This document shows, one piece after another, positions 1-12,513 of a DNA stretch of 64,000 nt; the first letter of the stretch is position 1; each line of letters starts with the position of its first letter. The notes beneath the pieces were generated by a model that did no database searches, was not told the DNA's origin, and was given only the letters and a program-made list of their open reading frames with translations. The position numbers and the translations under genes are program-made. Source of the stretch: an uncultured delta proteobacterium (GTDB taxonomy: Bacteria > Myxococcota > UBA727 > VGSZ01); NCBI GenBank assembly GCA_963775425.1, contig CAVZJB010000004.1:64001-128000 (forward strand), given 5' to 3'.

Positions 1-726
1 CAACGCCGCCGCGTCCGCCAGCGTGCCCGCAGGCGCCGCCTCGACGAGCGCCATGTGCGCGAGGAGCCGCGGCGCCCGGGGGTGCGCGCCCAGCGCGCCC
101 AGCACGGCGACGTGCTCGGCGCTCGCGGCGGGGCGCGTGAGCGGGACGTTCCTGAGGCCCCAGAGCGCGTCGGCGGCGGCGGTCTCGCCGAAGCGCGCGA
201 GGGTGGCGTTCACCGCGCGCGTGGCCTTGCCGCCGTGGGCGAACAGATCGCGCCAGCGCGCCAGCCGCTCGACGACGGCGTCGGCGTGCTCGGGGGTGCC
301 GTCGTCGTCGTGGTCCTCTTCGACGCAGGCGATGGCGACGCGGCAGGCGCGGAAGCGCTCGGCGTCCTTGCGCAGATATGGGGCGTCGAGGAAGCCGGCG
401 GCGTGCACGAGGGGCGTCGCCCGGATCTCGCTCACGCCGCGCTCGACGTCGTGGGCGCAGACGCCGGCGCTCTCGGCGGCGCGCCGGAGCGCACCGACCA
501 CGCCGTCGATGACGGCGCGGCTGTCGTCGGAGTCGAGCCGCCCGACGGCCAGCTCGTCGCGGGCGAGGACGAGCACCTGGCCGACGCCCGCGCGCGACGC
601 GCCGAGCTCCCAGACCCCGGAGGCGGGCGCCTCGACGATGAGGGCATGGCTGGAGGCGTCGACGTCGAGCGCCGTCCCCTCGGCGGAGATGGTGACGCCC
701 CAATCGTGCGCGGCGACGCTCGGCAT
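1..726 (-). CDS. Hypothetical protein, runs off the window edge (MPSVAAHDWGVTISAEG...)
   Basis: Read manually: open minus-strand frame from ATG at 726 to position 1 with strong GC3 codon bias. Absent from the ORF track because its stop lies outside the window. No family recognised. Confidence 0.65.
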   Translation of the reverse strand, partial: MPSVAAHDWGVTISAEGTALDVDASSHALIVEAPASGVWELGASRAGVGQVLVLARDELAVGRLDSDDSRAVIDGVVGALRRAAESAGVCAHDVERGVSEIRATPLVHAAGFLDAPYLRKDAERFRACRVAIACVEEDHDDDGTPEHADAVVERLARWRDLFAHGGKATRAVNATLARFGETAAADALWGLRNVPLTRPAASAEHVAVLGALGAHPRAPRLLAHMALVEAAPAGTLADAAAL

Positions 727-846
727 CGTCCGATTGTTCCACCCGCCGCGCGCCTCGGCAGCGCCGGGGCCCAGGTGGCGCAAACTGCGACGCCCGATGC
801 GCGATGCCCGAGGCGCGCGGCACGGGGCTGTCCCCCGCCTCGGCCG

Positions 847-1068
847 TCAGGGCTTGGGGACCTGCGGGAGGTCGGCGGCGTCCGCGACGGGGGCGCCGTC
901 GGGCTCCGTCTCGTCTTTCGGCGGCTTCTTGATGCCCTTGGCCGGCGTGGGCATGCTGCCGAACGGCCGGAGCGGAGCGTCCACGTCGACGACGACGACG
1001 CCGTCGGCCTCGGAAAGCTCCCACACCACGGACGCCTTGCCCCGCGATTCCCCGCTGCGCGTCGACAT
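847..1068 (-). CDS. Small hypothetical protein (73 aa)
   Basis: ATG lies 2 nt after the stop of the preceding small ORF. Codon usage is plausible. Confidence 0.5.
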   Translation of the reverse strand: MSTRSGESRGKASVVWELSEADGVVVVDVDAPLRPFGSMPTPAKGIKKPPKDETEPDGAPVADAADLPQVPKP

Positions 1069-1070
1069 CT

Positions 1071-1271
1071 CTAGCCCCCGCGATCAAAGAGGTCGAAGAA
1101 GGCCTCGACCTCGCGGGAAGCGACGTCCTCCTCGTCACTCCCCAAGAAGCGCTCATCAAAGCGGCGCACGCGGTTTTCTACGATCTCACCGCGCGTGGCG
1201 CCGTTTCCGAATTGATCGTCGTACCAGCGGCTCTTCAGAGGGAGCCGCTTCCACTTGCTCTCTTCGGTCAT
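1071..1271 (-). CDS. Small hypothetical protein (~66 aa, MTEESKWKRLPLKSRWYDDQFG...)
   Basis: ATG lies 2 nt after the nrdJ stop. Composition is protein-like (Lys/Glu/Phe/Trp) rather than the Arg/Ala/Pro of shadow frames. Confidence 0.55.
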   Translation of the reverse strand: MTEESKWKRLPLKSRWYDDQFGNGATRGEIVENRVRRFDERFLGSDEEDVASREVEAFFDLFDRGG

Positions 1272-1273
1272 CT

Positions 1274-4246
<2,973 letters not shown>

Positions 4247-4466
4247 CGATTCCCCTCCCCGGGCAAGACGAGACGAAAAACGGCAGCCGCGCTCCTTTTG
4301 GAGCGCAGAACTTGAACTCTCAGCGCCTGAGCGCATCTTTTTGGGCCAACTCACCCCGCGACCCGAATTCCTTTTGGAGGAAGCCGAAGTCGTGAGCGTG
4401 GGAGGGTTCGTATCACGGAACGAACACGCCGCGTCAACGCCTCTCGGACGCATGTCCGGGCCGCAA

Positions 4467-4513
4467 CCGCAAAATCTGGTGCCGATGGCCGACTTAGCCA
4501 CCAGATCTCGATG
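4467..4513. promoter_or_regulatory. Tandem NrdR-box-like operators upstream of nrdJ
   Basis: CCGCAAAATCTGGTGC (4467-4482) and CCACCAGATCTCGATG (4498-4513) both keep the C-x-A-x-AT-x-T-x-G core of acaCwAtATaTwGtg. They are 31 bp apart and upstream of an RNR gene. Confidence 0.7.
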
Positions 4514-4514
4514 C

Positions 4515-4534
4515 TGTGGAAAACCTGTGGATTC
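4515..4534. promoter_or_regulatory. Two DnaA-box-like 9-mers
   Basis: TGTGGAAAA (4515-4523, 1 mismatch to TGTGGATAA) and TGTGGATTC (4526-4534, 2 mismatches), directly beside the NrdR-like boxes. Confidence 0.4.
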
Positions 4535-4656
4535 GGGGGTATGGATCGGCGTGTCGCGGGACGGTGACATCCCTGTGAAATCCACGAAAATCCAGCAGGT
4601 TGCCCCGCTGCGCGCGCCCGCGCAGAATTTTCAGCCGGACGGGTCTTGCAACCCGC

Positions 4657-4669
4657 TAAGTGCTTGATG
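4657..4669. promoter_or_regulatory. IHF-like binding site
   Basis: TAAGTGCTTGATG matches YAA-N4-TTGATW (reverse of WATCAANNNNTTR) except at the last base. AT-rich for this genome. Confidence 0.35.
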
Positions 4670-4833
4670 TCGATCGGGAATCGGAGATCACCTCACGTGT
4701 GAGACACCCCCTCGCCATCGCGATGAATGCCCCCGCCCGCCCGCGCTGATCCCCGGCGCCGCGCGCCGTCGGCCGCGCGAGCATGCCATACACTTCAGGC
4801 ATCCTCGACGGCGTTTCACCGTACATCAATGAC

Positions 4834-6870
<2,037 letters not shown>

Positions 6871-6893
6871 GCCGACGTACCAAAAGCGGGCCC

Positions 6894-8243
6894 ATGAAGA
6901 TGAAGAAGCTCCTCATCGCCAACCGTGGCGAAATCGCCCGCCGCGTCGCCCGCACCGCCCACCGCCTCGGGCTGTCCGTGGTGGCCGTCTACAGCGACGC
7001 CGACGCCGACGCCCCCCACGTCCGGGAGGCCGACGAGCGGGTGCGCATCGGGCCACCTCCCCCGAAGGAGTCCTACCTCAACATCGACGCCATCCTCGCC
7101 GCCGCCCGACAGACCGGCGCCGACGCGGTGCACCCGGGCTACGGCTTCCTGTCCGAAAACGAGCGCTTCGTCGAGGCCTGCCACGCGGCCGGCCTCGTGT
7201 TCGTGGGCCCCCCGGTCTCGGCGATGCGGGCCATGGCGTCGAAGATCGAGGCCAAGCGGACCATGGCCGGCGCCGGCGTCCCCGTGGTGCCCGGGCCCAT
7301 CGAGGCGCTCGAGACCGAGGACGCGGCCGTGGCCGCGGCGAGCGCCGTGGGCTTCCCCGTCATGCTCAAGGCGAGCGCCGGCGGCGGCGGCATCGGCATG
7401 TCCCGCTGCAAGAGCGAAAAGCAGCTCCGCTCCGCCTTCGAGGACGCGCGCAAGAAGGGCGAGATGTTCTTCGGCTCCTCGCAGGTCTTCATCGAAAAGC
7501 TCGTCGAGCGCCCCCACCACATCGAGGTGCAGATCCTCGCCGACGCGCACGGCGCCGTGCGCCACCTCTTCGAGCGCGAGTGCTCCATCCAGCGCCGTCA
7601 CCAGAAGGTCCTCGAGGAGACGCCCTCACCGCTCCTCGACGACGCCACCCGCGCCGCCGTGTGCGAGGCCGCCGTGAAGGCCGCCCGCGCCGTCGGCTAC
7701 GTGAACGCAGGCACCGTGGAGTTCGTCGCCGCCGAGGACCGGAGCTTCTATTTCCTCGAGATGAACACGCGCTTGCAGGTGGAGCACCCGATCACCGAGG
7801 CCGTGCTCGGCGTCGACATCGTCGAGCACCAGCTCCGCGTCGCCGACGGGGAGCCGTTGTCGCTGCCCGCGGAGCTCGCGCGCAACGGCCACGCCATCGA
7901 GCTGCGCATCTGCGCCGAGGACCCGGACAAGCGCTTCTTCCCGCAGCCCGGCACGCTCTCCGAGGTGGTGTGGCCGCGCGGCGAGGGCATCCGCGTGGAC
8001 GCGGGCGTCGAGTCGGGCTCGGCGGTGCCGCCGTATTACGACTCGCTGCTCGCCAAGATGATCGGCCACGGGGCCACGCGCGCCCAGGCCGTGGAGCGGC
8101 TCTTGAAAGCCCTCGACGAGACCCGCCTCGTGGGCATCAAGACCAACCTCGAGATGCACAAGCGCATCCTCTCCGACGAGGGCTTCCTCGCCGGCCACAC
8201 CGACACCGGTTTTCTCGCGGAGCGGCTCGGCCTCAAGTCCTGA
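6894..8243 (+). CDS. accC: Biotin carboxylase subunit of an acyl-CoA carboxylase (stand-alone, no biotinyl domain)
   Basis: KLLIANRGEIA, HPGYGFLSEN, KASAGGGGIGM, RECSIQRRHQK, EMNTRLQVEHP, YYDSLLAK. Confidence 0.9.
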   Translation: MKMKKLLIANRGEIARRVARTAHRLGLSVVAVYSDADADAPHVREADERVRIGPPPPKESYLNIDAILAAARQTGADAVHPGYGFLSENERFVEACHAAGLVFVGPPVSAMRAMASKIEAKRTMAGAGVPVVPGPIEALETEDAAVAAASAVGFPVMLKASAGGGGIGMSRCKSEKQLRSAFEDARKKGEMFFGSSQVFIEKLVERPHHIEVQILADAHGAVRHLFERECSIQRRHQKVLEETPSPLLDDATRAAVCEAAVKAARAVGYVNAGTVEFVAAEDRSFYFLEMNTRLQVEHPITEAVLGVDIVEHQLRVADGEPLSLPAELARNGHAIELRICAEDPDKRFFPQPGTLSEVVWPRGEGIRVDAGVESGSAVPPYYDSLLAKMIGHGATRAQAVERLLKALDETRLVGIKTNLEMHKRILSDEGFLAGHTDTGFLAERLGLKS

Positions 8244-8300
8244 GGTGCCGACCGGCCGACCGCGACGTCTCGCCCTTTCCGGGGTAAGGTCCGACGCAGC

Positions 8301-8861
8301 GTGTCCTCGCACAAGACCATCAACGACTTCATCCCGCTCGCCAAGTCGATGACGCCGGACGCGTTCGTGGCGCGCTTCAACCACCCGTTCCTGTTCGGGC
8401 GCGAGGTCCTCGAGGAGGAGTTCCGCTTCTCCACCCTCGTGACGGACGAGCCGAGCATCGAGCGGCGGCTGGAGACCAACACCGACTCCATGTCGGCGTC
8501 GCCGTCGCCGCCGGGCACCGACGTCTTCCGCATCCGCCACTGGGTGATCGCGGTGCGCAAGCCGCCGGCGGCGCCCGCGCAGGACCGCATCTTCCTCGGG
8601 CGCAGCGAGACCAACGACATCTGCGTGCCGCACAAGACCGTGTCCAAGCTCCACGCGTACTTCCTGCGTGATCCGCAGATCGCCACCAAGTGGCAGGTGG
8701 TCGACACCGGCAGCGCCAACGGCACCAAGCACAACGGGATGCGGATCCCTCCACGGGCGAAGGTCACGCTCGTCGACGGAGACACCATCTGCTTCGGCCG
8801 CTGCGTCTTTCAGTGGATGACGGCGCGCAGCCTCTACGAGCGCCTGCAGGCCATGGGCTGA
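8301..8861 (+). CDS. FHA domain protein
   Basis: FHA signature LGRSETNDI...VSKLHA...DTGSANGT...DGDTICFG. Confidence 0.88.
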   Translation: MSSHKTINDFIPLAKSMTPDAFVARFNHPFLFGREVLEEEFRFSTLVTDEPSIERRLETNTDSMSASPSPPGTDVFRIRHWVIAVRKPPAAPAQDRIFLGRSETNDICVPHKTVSKLHAYFLRDPQIATKWQVVDTGSANGTKHNGMRIPPRAKVTLVDGDTICFGRCVFQWMTARSLYERLQAMG

Positions 8862-8862
8862 G

Positions 8863-9495
8863 TCAGCGGCGGGCGGCGCGCTGTCCGATGCGACCGGCCT
8901 CCAAGAGCGTGCGCGGGGCGCCGAACGTTCGATCGACGAGCTCGCGCTGGAGCCACGCGATCTGCTCGCTGTCGAGGGAGCGGCCCGCGGCGAGGGCGCG
9001 GTACAGGCGCGCGCGGCGGACGAAGCGGCCGTCGAGGCCGTGGGTGTCGGCGTAGTCGATGGCCTGCGCGAGCACGCCACGGCCGACGGCCTCGAGCGGC
9101 AGCGCGTCCTGGGAGAGCATCTCGTCGAAGGCGCGCTTGTCGGCGTCGGTGGCGCCGGCGGGGTACGGCACGCGGCGAATGCGCGCGCCGAGGTCGAGGT
9201 GGAGCTCGGCGATGCGCAGCAGGCACAGGAGCCGGTCGCGCGGCGCCGCGGTCTTGCCGAGCGCGTCGAGGTAGTCGAGGCGCAGCGCCTCGAGCGCCGC
9301 CGTCTGCTGCTCGATGTCCTCGGGCGTCTTCAACGGCTGCGCCGCGAACGACGCGAAGTCGCGCTCGAGCACGAGCAGGCGACGCTGGGACAGAGCGTCC
9401 GGGGCGGACGACACCGTGGCGCAGCCGGCGGCGGCGACGACGAGCGCGGCGACGACGGCTGCGCCTGCGGGGACGACGTGCCGCGCAAGGTGCAT
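8863..9495 (-). CDS. Putative lipoprotein, alpha-helical, unknown function
   Basis: Hydrophobic N-terminus ending in lipobox-like AAGC, followed by a helical repeat-like body. Confidence 0.7.
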   Translation of the reverse strand: MHLARHVVPAGAAVVAALVVAAAGCATVSSAPDALSQRRLLVLERDFASFAAQPLKTPEDIEQQTAALEALRLDYLDALGKTAAPRDRLLCLLRIAELHLDLGARIRRVPYPAGATDADKRAFDEMLSQDALPLEAVGRGVLAQAIDYADTHGLDGRFVRRARLYRALAAGRSLDSEQIAWLQRELVDRTFGAPRTLLEAGRIGQRAARR

Positions 9496-9559
9496 GCTTC
9501 ATTGTTCGAGCCTGGTGGCCTCGCCGCAATGTACGGAGATGTCGGTGCGTCGACGTGGG

Positions 9560-9958
9560 TCACACCACGCCCGGCACGCGCGTCTGGGCGATGGCGGCGA
9601 ACAGCGCGCGCATCTCCTCGAAGTCGCCGTGCACGCGGATCCGGCCGGGCAGGAGCTTGCCGCCGAACGCCGCCTGCATCGCCTCGAGGTCCGACTCCCA
9701 CGTCACCGACGGCGCCGGGTGGAGGCCGCGGCTCACGGCGCCGCCCCTGCCGTCGACCTGCACGAACCACGACGAGCGCTCGTCGCCGGGCACCCGGAAC
9801 TGCGCCACCAGCGGGCGCTTCTTCCCCGTCTCTCGCCAAAACGGCTGGCTCTGCGCGAGCAGGAGCGCGATGCCCTGCACGTGCTCGGCGACGGAGAACG
9901 GCGCGCGCTCCGGGGGCCTGGGGACGGGTGCGGTGGTCTTCGATTGCCAGGGCTTCAT
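9560..9958 (-). CDS. SCP2 sterol/lipid-binding-domain-like protein (132 aa)
   Basis: GGAGG RBS and ATGA overlap with the upstream stop. Pattern QFRVPG...WFVQVDGRGGAVSRG...PSVTWESD...GRIRVHGD is SCP2-like. Confidence 0.7.
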   Translation of the reverse strand: MKPWQSKTTAPVPRPPERAPFSVAEHVQGIALLLAQSQPFWRETGKKRPLVAQFRVPGDERSSWFVQVDGRGGAVSRGLHPAPSVTWESDLEAMQAAFGGKLLPGRIRVHGDFEEMRALFAAIAQTRVPGVV

Positions 9959-10428
9959 GGTTCCTCCGAGGTCTGCGTCACGTGCACGTCCGGCGTCGTC
10001 GCCGGGCGCGGCGTCAGGGTGAGCGTCGCCGGCTCGACGGTGGCGCCGGCGATGGCGTCGAGGAACAGCGACAGCCGCTCCTTCGTGGTGATCGAGAGCG
10101 TCATCTCGATCTGCTCTTCGCGGTCGATGAACGCGCCGTCCGGGGCGGTCGTCGTCGTCGACGACACCAGCCGCGGCGCGCCGAGCCGGACGGACACCGC
10201 GCGCCCGTCGAGGCTCGCGCCGGCGTTGACGAGCACGTCGTGGAGCACGCCGGCGTCGAGGTGCGCGTCGACCACCTGGGTCTGCTCGACGTGCGTCGTC
10301 ACCCGCCGGTGCACGGAGGCGGCGGCGTCGCGCGGGCGGTGCAGGAGCCGCTGCCAGAGGTGCCGCGCCGGTCCTCCCCCGTCGCCGGGGGAGGACCGCG
10401 CGTGTCCGATGTGGAGGGGCCAGCCCAT
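9955..10428 (-). CDS. Hypothetical protein (157 aa), Thr/Val-rich
   Basis: Starts 6 nt after the previous stop and its stop overlaps the next ATG (ATGA). Codon bias is appropriate. Confidence 0.65.
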   Translation of the reverse strand: MGWPLHIGHARSSPGDGGGPARHLWQRLLHRPRDAAASVHRRVTTHVEQTQVVDAHLDAGVLHDVLVNAGASLDGRAVSVRLGAPRLVSSTTTTAPDGAFIDREEQIEMTLSITTKERLSLFLDAIAGATVEPATLTLTPRPATTPDVHVTQTSEEP

Positions 10429-10434
10429 GGCCGG

Positions 10435-10920
10435 TCAGCCTCCCTGCGCCGCGCGGGCGAGGGGCACCCACGGCTCGTCGGTGGGGAGCGGGGCGTCGCC
10501 GTCGAGGTCGCCGTCGCCGTCCGCGCCGCCCTCGTCGTCGCACGGCGACGTGATCCGGCTGCTGCCCTGGTTCTCGAGCTCGCCGCCGTCGATCTGCGCG
10601 AACACCTCGGCGTGGGCCTTGACCTCGACGGCGGCGTCGAGGGTCGCCTGGACCGCCACGGTGAAGGCCTTGGTGTCGGAGGCCTGGCTGACGGTGTGGC
10701 CGGCGCGCAAGCGGGCGAGCACGCTCTCGGGGTCGGCGCAGTCGACCGTGGCCGAACCGGCGGCGTCGGTGATGTCGGCCGTCACCGAGCTCGCGCCGCT
10801 CGAGCCCGTCTCGAGGACGGCGCCCGCCTCGACGTCATGCTGGACGCTCGCGGTGTCGCGGCGGGTGGCGTCGGCGAACGAGGTGCGGCGAAGGTTGTTG
10901 TTGGCGTCGAGGGTGGGCAT
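10435..10920 (-). CDS. Hypothetical acidic protein (161 aa, MPTLDANNNLRRTSF...), first gene behind the sigma54 promoter
   Basis: AAGGAG RBS upstream of ATG 10920. GC3-biased codons. Confidence 0.72.
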   Translation of the reverse strand: MPTLDANNNLRRTSFADATRRDTASVQHDVEAGAVLETGSSGASSVTADITDAAGSATVDCADPESVLARLRAGHTVSQASDTKAFTVAVQATLDAAVEVKAHAEVFAQIDGGELENQGSSRITSPCDDEGGADGDGDLDGDAPLPTDEPWVPLARAAQGG

Positions 10921-10969
10921 CGGTCTTCTCCTTGGTTGGCGACGTGTCCGCGTCGCACGCCCTGCTTTC

Positions 10970-10984
10970 GCAAGGCCGGTGCCA
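10970..10984 (-). promoter_or_regulatory. Sigma54 (-24/-12) promoter
   Basis: Minus strand reads TGGCAC-CGGCC-TTGC, matching TGGCAC-N5-TTGC, ~50 bp upstream of the 10920 ATG and divergent from a GAFTGA activator. Confidence 0.85.
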
Positions 10985-11035
10985 CCGGCGCCCGCGGCGG
11001 CCGGACGCGATCCGGCGCGCTTGCGGCGGCGCACC

Positions 11036-11089
11036 TGGTGCCTGGCGGGCCCCACCCCGCGCGCGACGTGGTGCCTGCGCGGCCCCACC
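11036..11089. promoter_or_regulatory. Paired 21-bp repeats, candidate upstream activator sequences for the adjacent bEBP
   Basis: TGGTGCCTGGCGGGCCCCACC (11036-11056) and TGGTGCCTGCGCGGCCCCACC (11069-11089): 18/21 identical, 33 bp apart, each with GGTG-N12-CACC dyad symmetry. Confidence 0.65.
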
Positions 11090-11109
11090 GTGCTCTAGAG
11101 TCGGCGGCA

Positions 11110-12471
11110 GTGGCGACGGACGAGCTGGAAGACGTGCTGGGCACGCTGGTCACGGACTTCGAGACCGGGCGCAGCCGCCTGCGGCGCCTGCGGATCGACG
11201 TCGAAGAGGGGCCCGACCGCGGGCAGAGCCTCGCGCTGCCCGCCGGCACCCGCTTCATCGGCAGCCAGCCGGGCGTCGACCTCGTGCTTCACGACCCGAA
11301 GGTCTCGCGCCGCCACGTCGAGGTGCAGGTGCTCGACGGGCGCGTGCGGGTGCGCGACCTCGGCAGCAAGAACGGCACCTTCCACGGCGACGCCCGCATC
11401 GACAGCGCGGAGCTGCCGCCGGGCGCCCGGCTGCTCGTCGGCAAGTCCGTGCTCCTCATCGCCGCCGACGACGAGGACGTCGAGCTCGGCGACGGCGAGC
11501 GCAGCTTCGACAATCTGCACACCGACAACCCCGAGCTTCGGCGCACGTTCGCGCTGCTCGCGCGCGCCGCCCGCAGCGACGTCACGGTGCTCGTCACCGG
11601 GGAGACCGGCGTCGGCAAGGACGTGCTCGCGCGCGCCATCCACCGCCAGAGCCGGCGGCGCGAGCGGCCCTTCGTCGTGCTCGACTGCGCCGCGCTCACG
11701 CCCACGCTCGCGGCGAGCGCGTTGTTCGGGCACAAGAAGGGCGCGTTCACCGGCGCGCTGCAGGACAGCCGCGGCGTGTTCGAGGAGGCCGACGGCGGCA
11801 CCCTCTTCATCGACGAGATCGGCGAGCTGCCGCTGGAGCTGCAGCCGATGCTCCTGCGCGTGCTCGAGACGCGCCAGGTGGTGCCGGTGGGTGAGGTGAA
11901 GGGCCGCCCGGTCGACGTGCGCGTGCTCGCGGCCACCAACCGCAACCTGCGCGCCGAGGCCGACGCCGGCCGCTTCCGCTCCGATCTGTTCTTCCGCCTG
12001 GCGGTCATCCGCGTGCACGTGCCGCCGCTGCGCGATCGCCTCGAGGACCTGCCGCTCCTCGTGCGGCGCCTGCTGTCGGACCTCGGGCGGAACGAGACCG
12101 GCTTTCCGCCGGGCGACATGGCGGCGCTGCGCGCGTACGCGTGGCCGGGGAACGTGCGCGAGCTGCGAAACGTCGTGGCGCAGTCGGTGGCCCTCTCGGA
12201 TGACTCGCTGCGCTTGTTCGGTTGGCGAGCCGAGCCCGGCGACGACGCGTCCACCGGCGCCGCGGCCGCCGGCGGCGACGACGACGACGACGCGCTCTCT
12301 GACCTGCCCTATCGCGAGGCGCGCGCCGGCGCCCTCGACGCCTTCGAGGCGCGCTACATCCGCGCGCTCCTCGAGGCCCACGACGGAAACGTCTCCAAGG
12401 CCGCGCGGGCCGCCGGCATCGATCGGCACTACGTCCACCGCCTCATGCGCCGCCACGGCGTCCAACGCTGA
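11110..12471 (+). CDS. Sigma54-dependent enhancer-binding protein with N-terminal FHA domain and C-terminal Fis-type HTH
   Basis: FHA (IGSQ...VSRRH...DLGSKNGT), Walker [49 protein letters not shown] start inferred. Confidence 0.92.
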   Translation: MATDELEDVLGTLVTDFETGRSRLRRLRIDVEEGPDRGQSLALPAGTRFIGSQPGVDLVLHDPKVSRRHVEVQVLDGRVRVRDLGSKNGTFHGDARIDSAELPPGARLLVGKSVLLIAADDEDVELGDGERSFDNLHTDNPELRRTFALLARAARSDVTVLVTGETGVGKDVLARAIHRQSRRRERPFVVLDCAALTPTLAASALFGHKKGAFTGALQDSRGVFEEADGGTLFIDEIGELPLELQPMLLRVLETRQVVPVGEVKGRPVDVRVLAATNRNLRAEADAGRFRSDLFFRLAVIRVHVPPLRDRLEDLPLLVRRLLSDLGRNETGFPPGDMAALRAYAWPGNVRELRNVVAQSVALSDDSLRLFGWRAEPGDDASTGAAAAGGDDDDDALSDLPYREARAGALDAFEARYIRALLEAHDGNVSKAARAAGIDRHYVHRLMRRHGVQR

Positions 12472-12513
12472 GGTGCCTCGACGACGCGGCGCCAGCCGCC
12501 GTCGACCGCGCCG

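Noticed and set aside
4515-4669. Replication origin (oriC)
   Set aside because: Only two reasonable DnaA-like boxes, no clear AT-rich unwinding element and no dnaA/dnaN/gidA context.
4247-4833. Possible cobalamin riboswitch upstream of the B12-dependent RNR
   Set aside because: I could not find the conserved B12-box or core elements. NrdR-like boxes explain the region better. An Infernal scan would be decisive.
9040-11109. N-terminal 690 aa of the 1143-aa ORF
   Set aside because: It is antisense to four minus-strand genes and a promoter. The recognisable FHA-bEBP starts near 11110.
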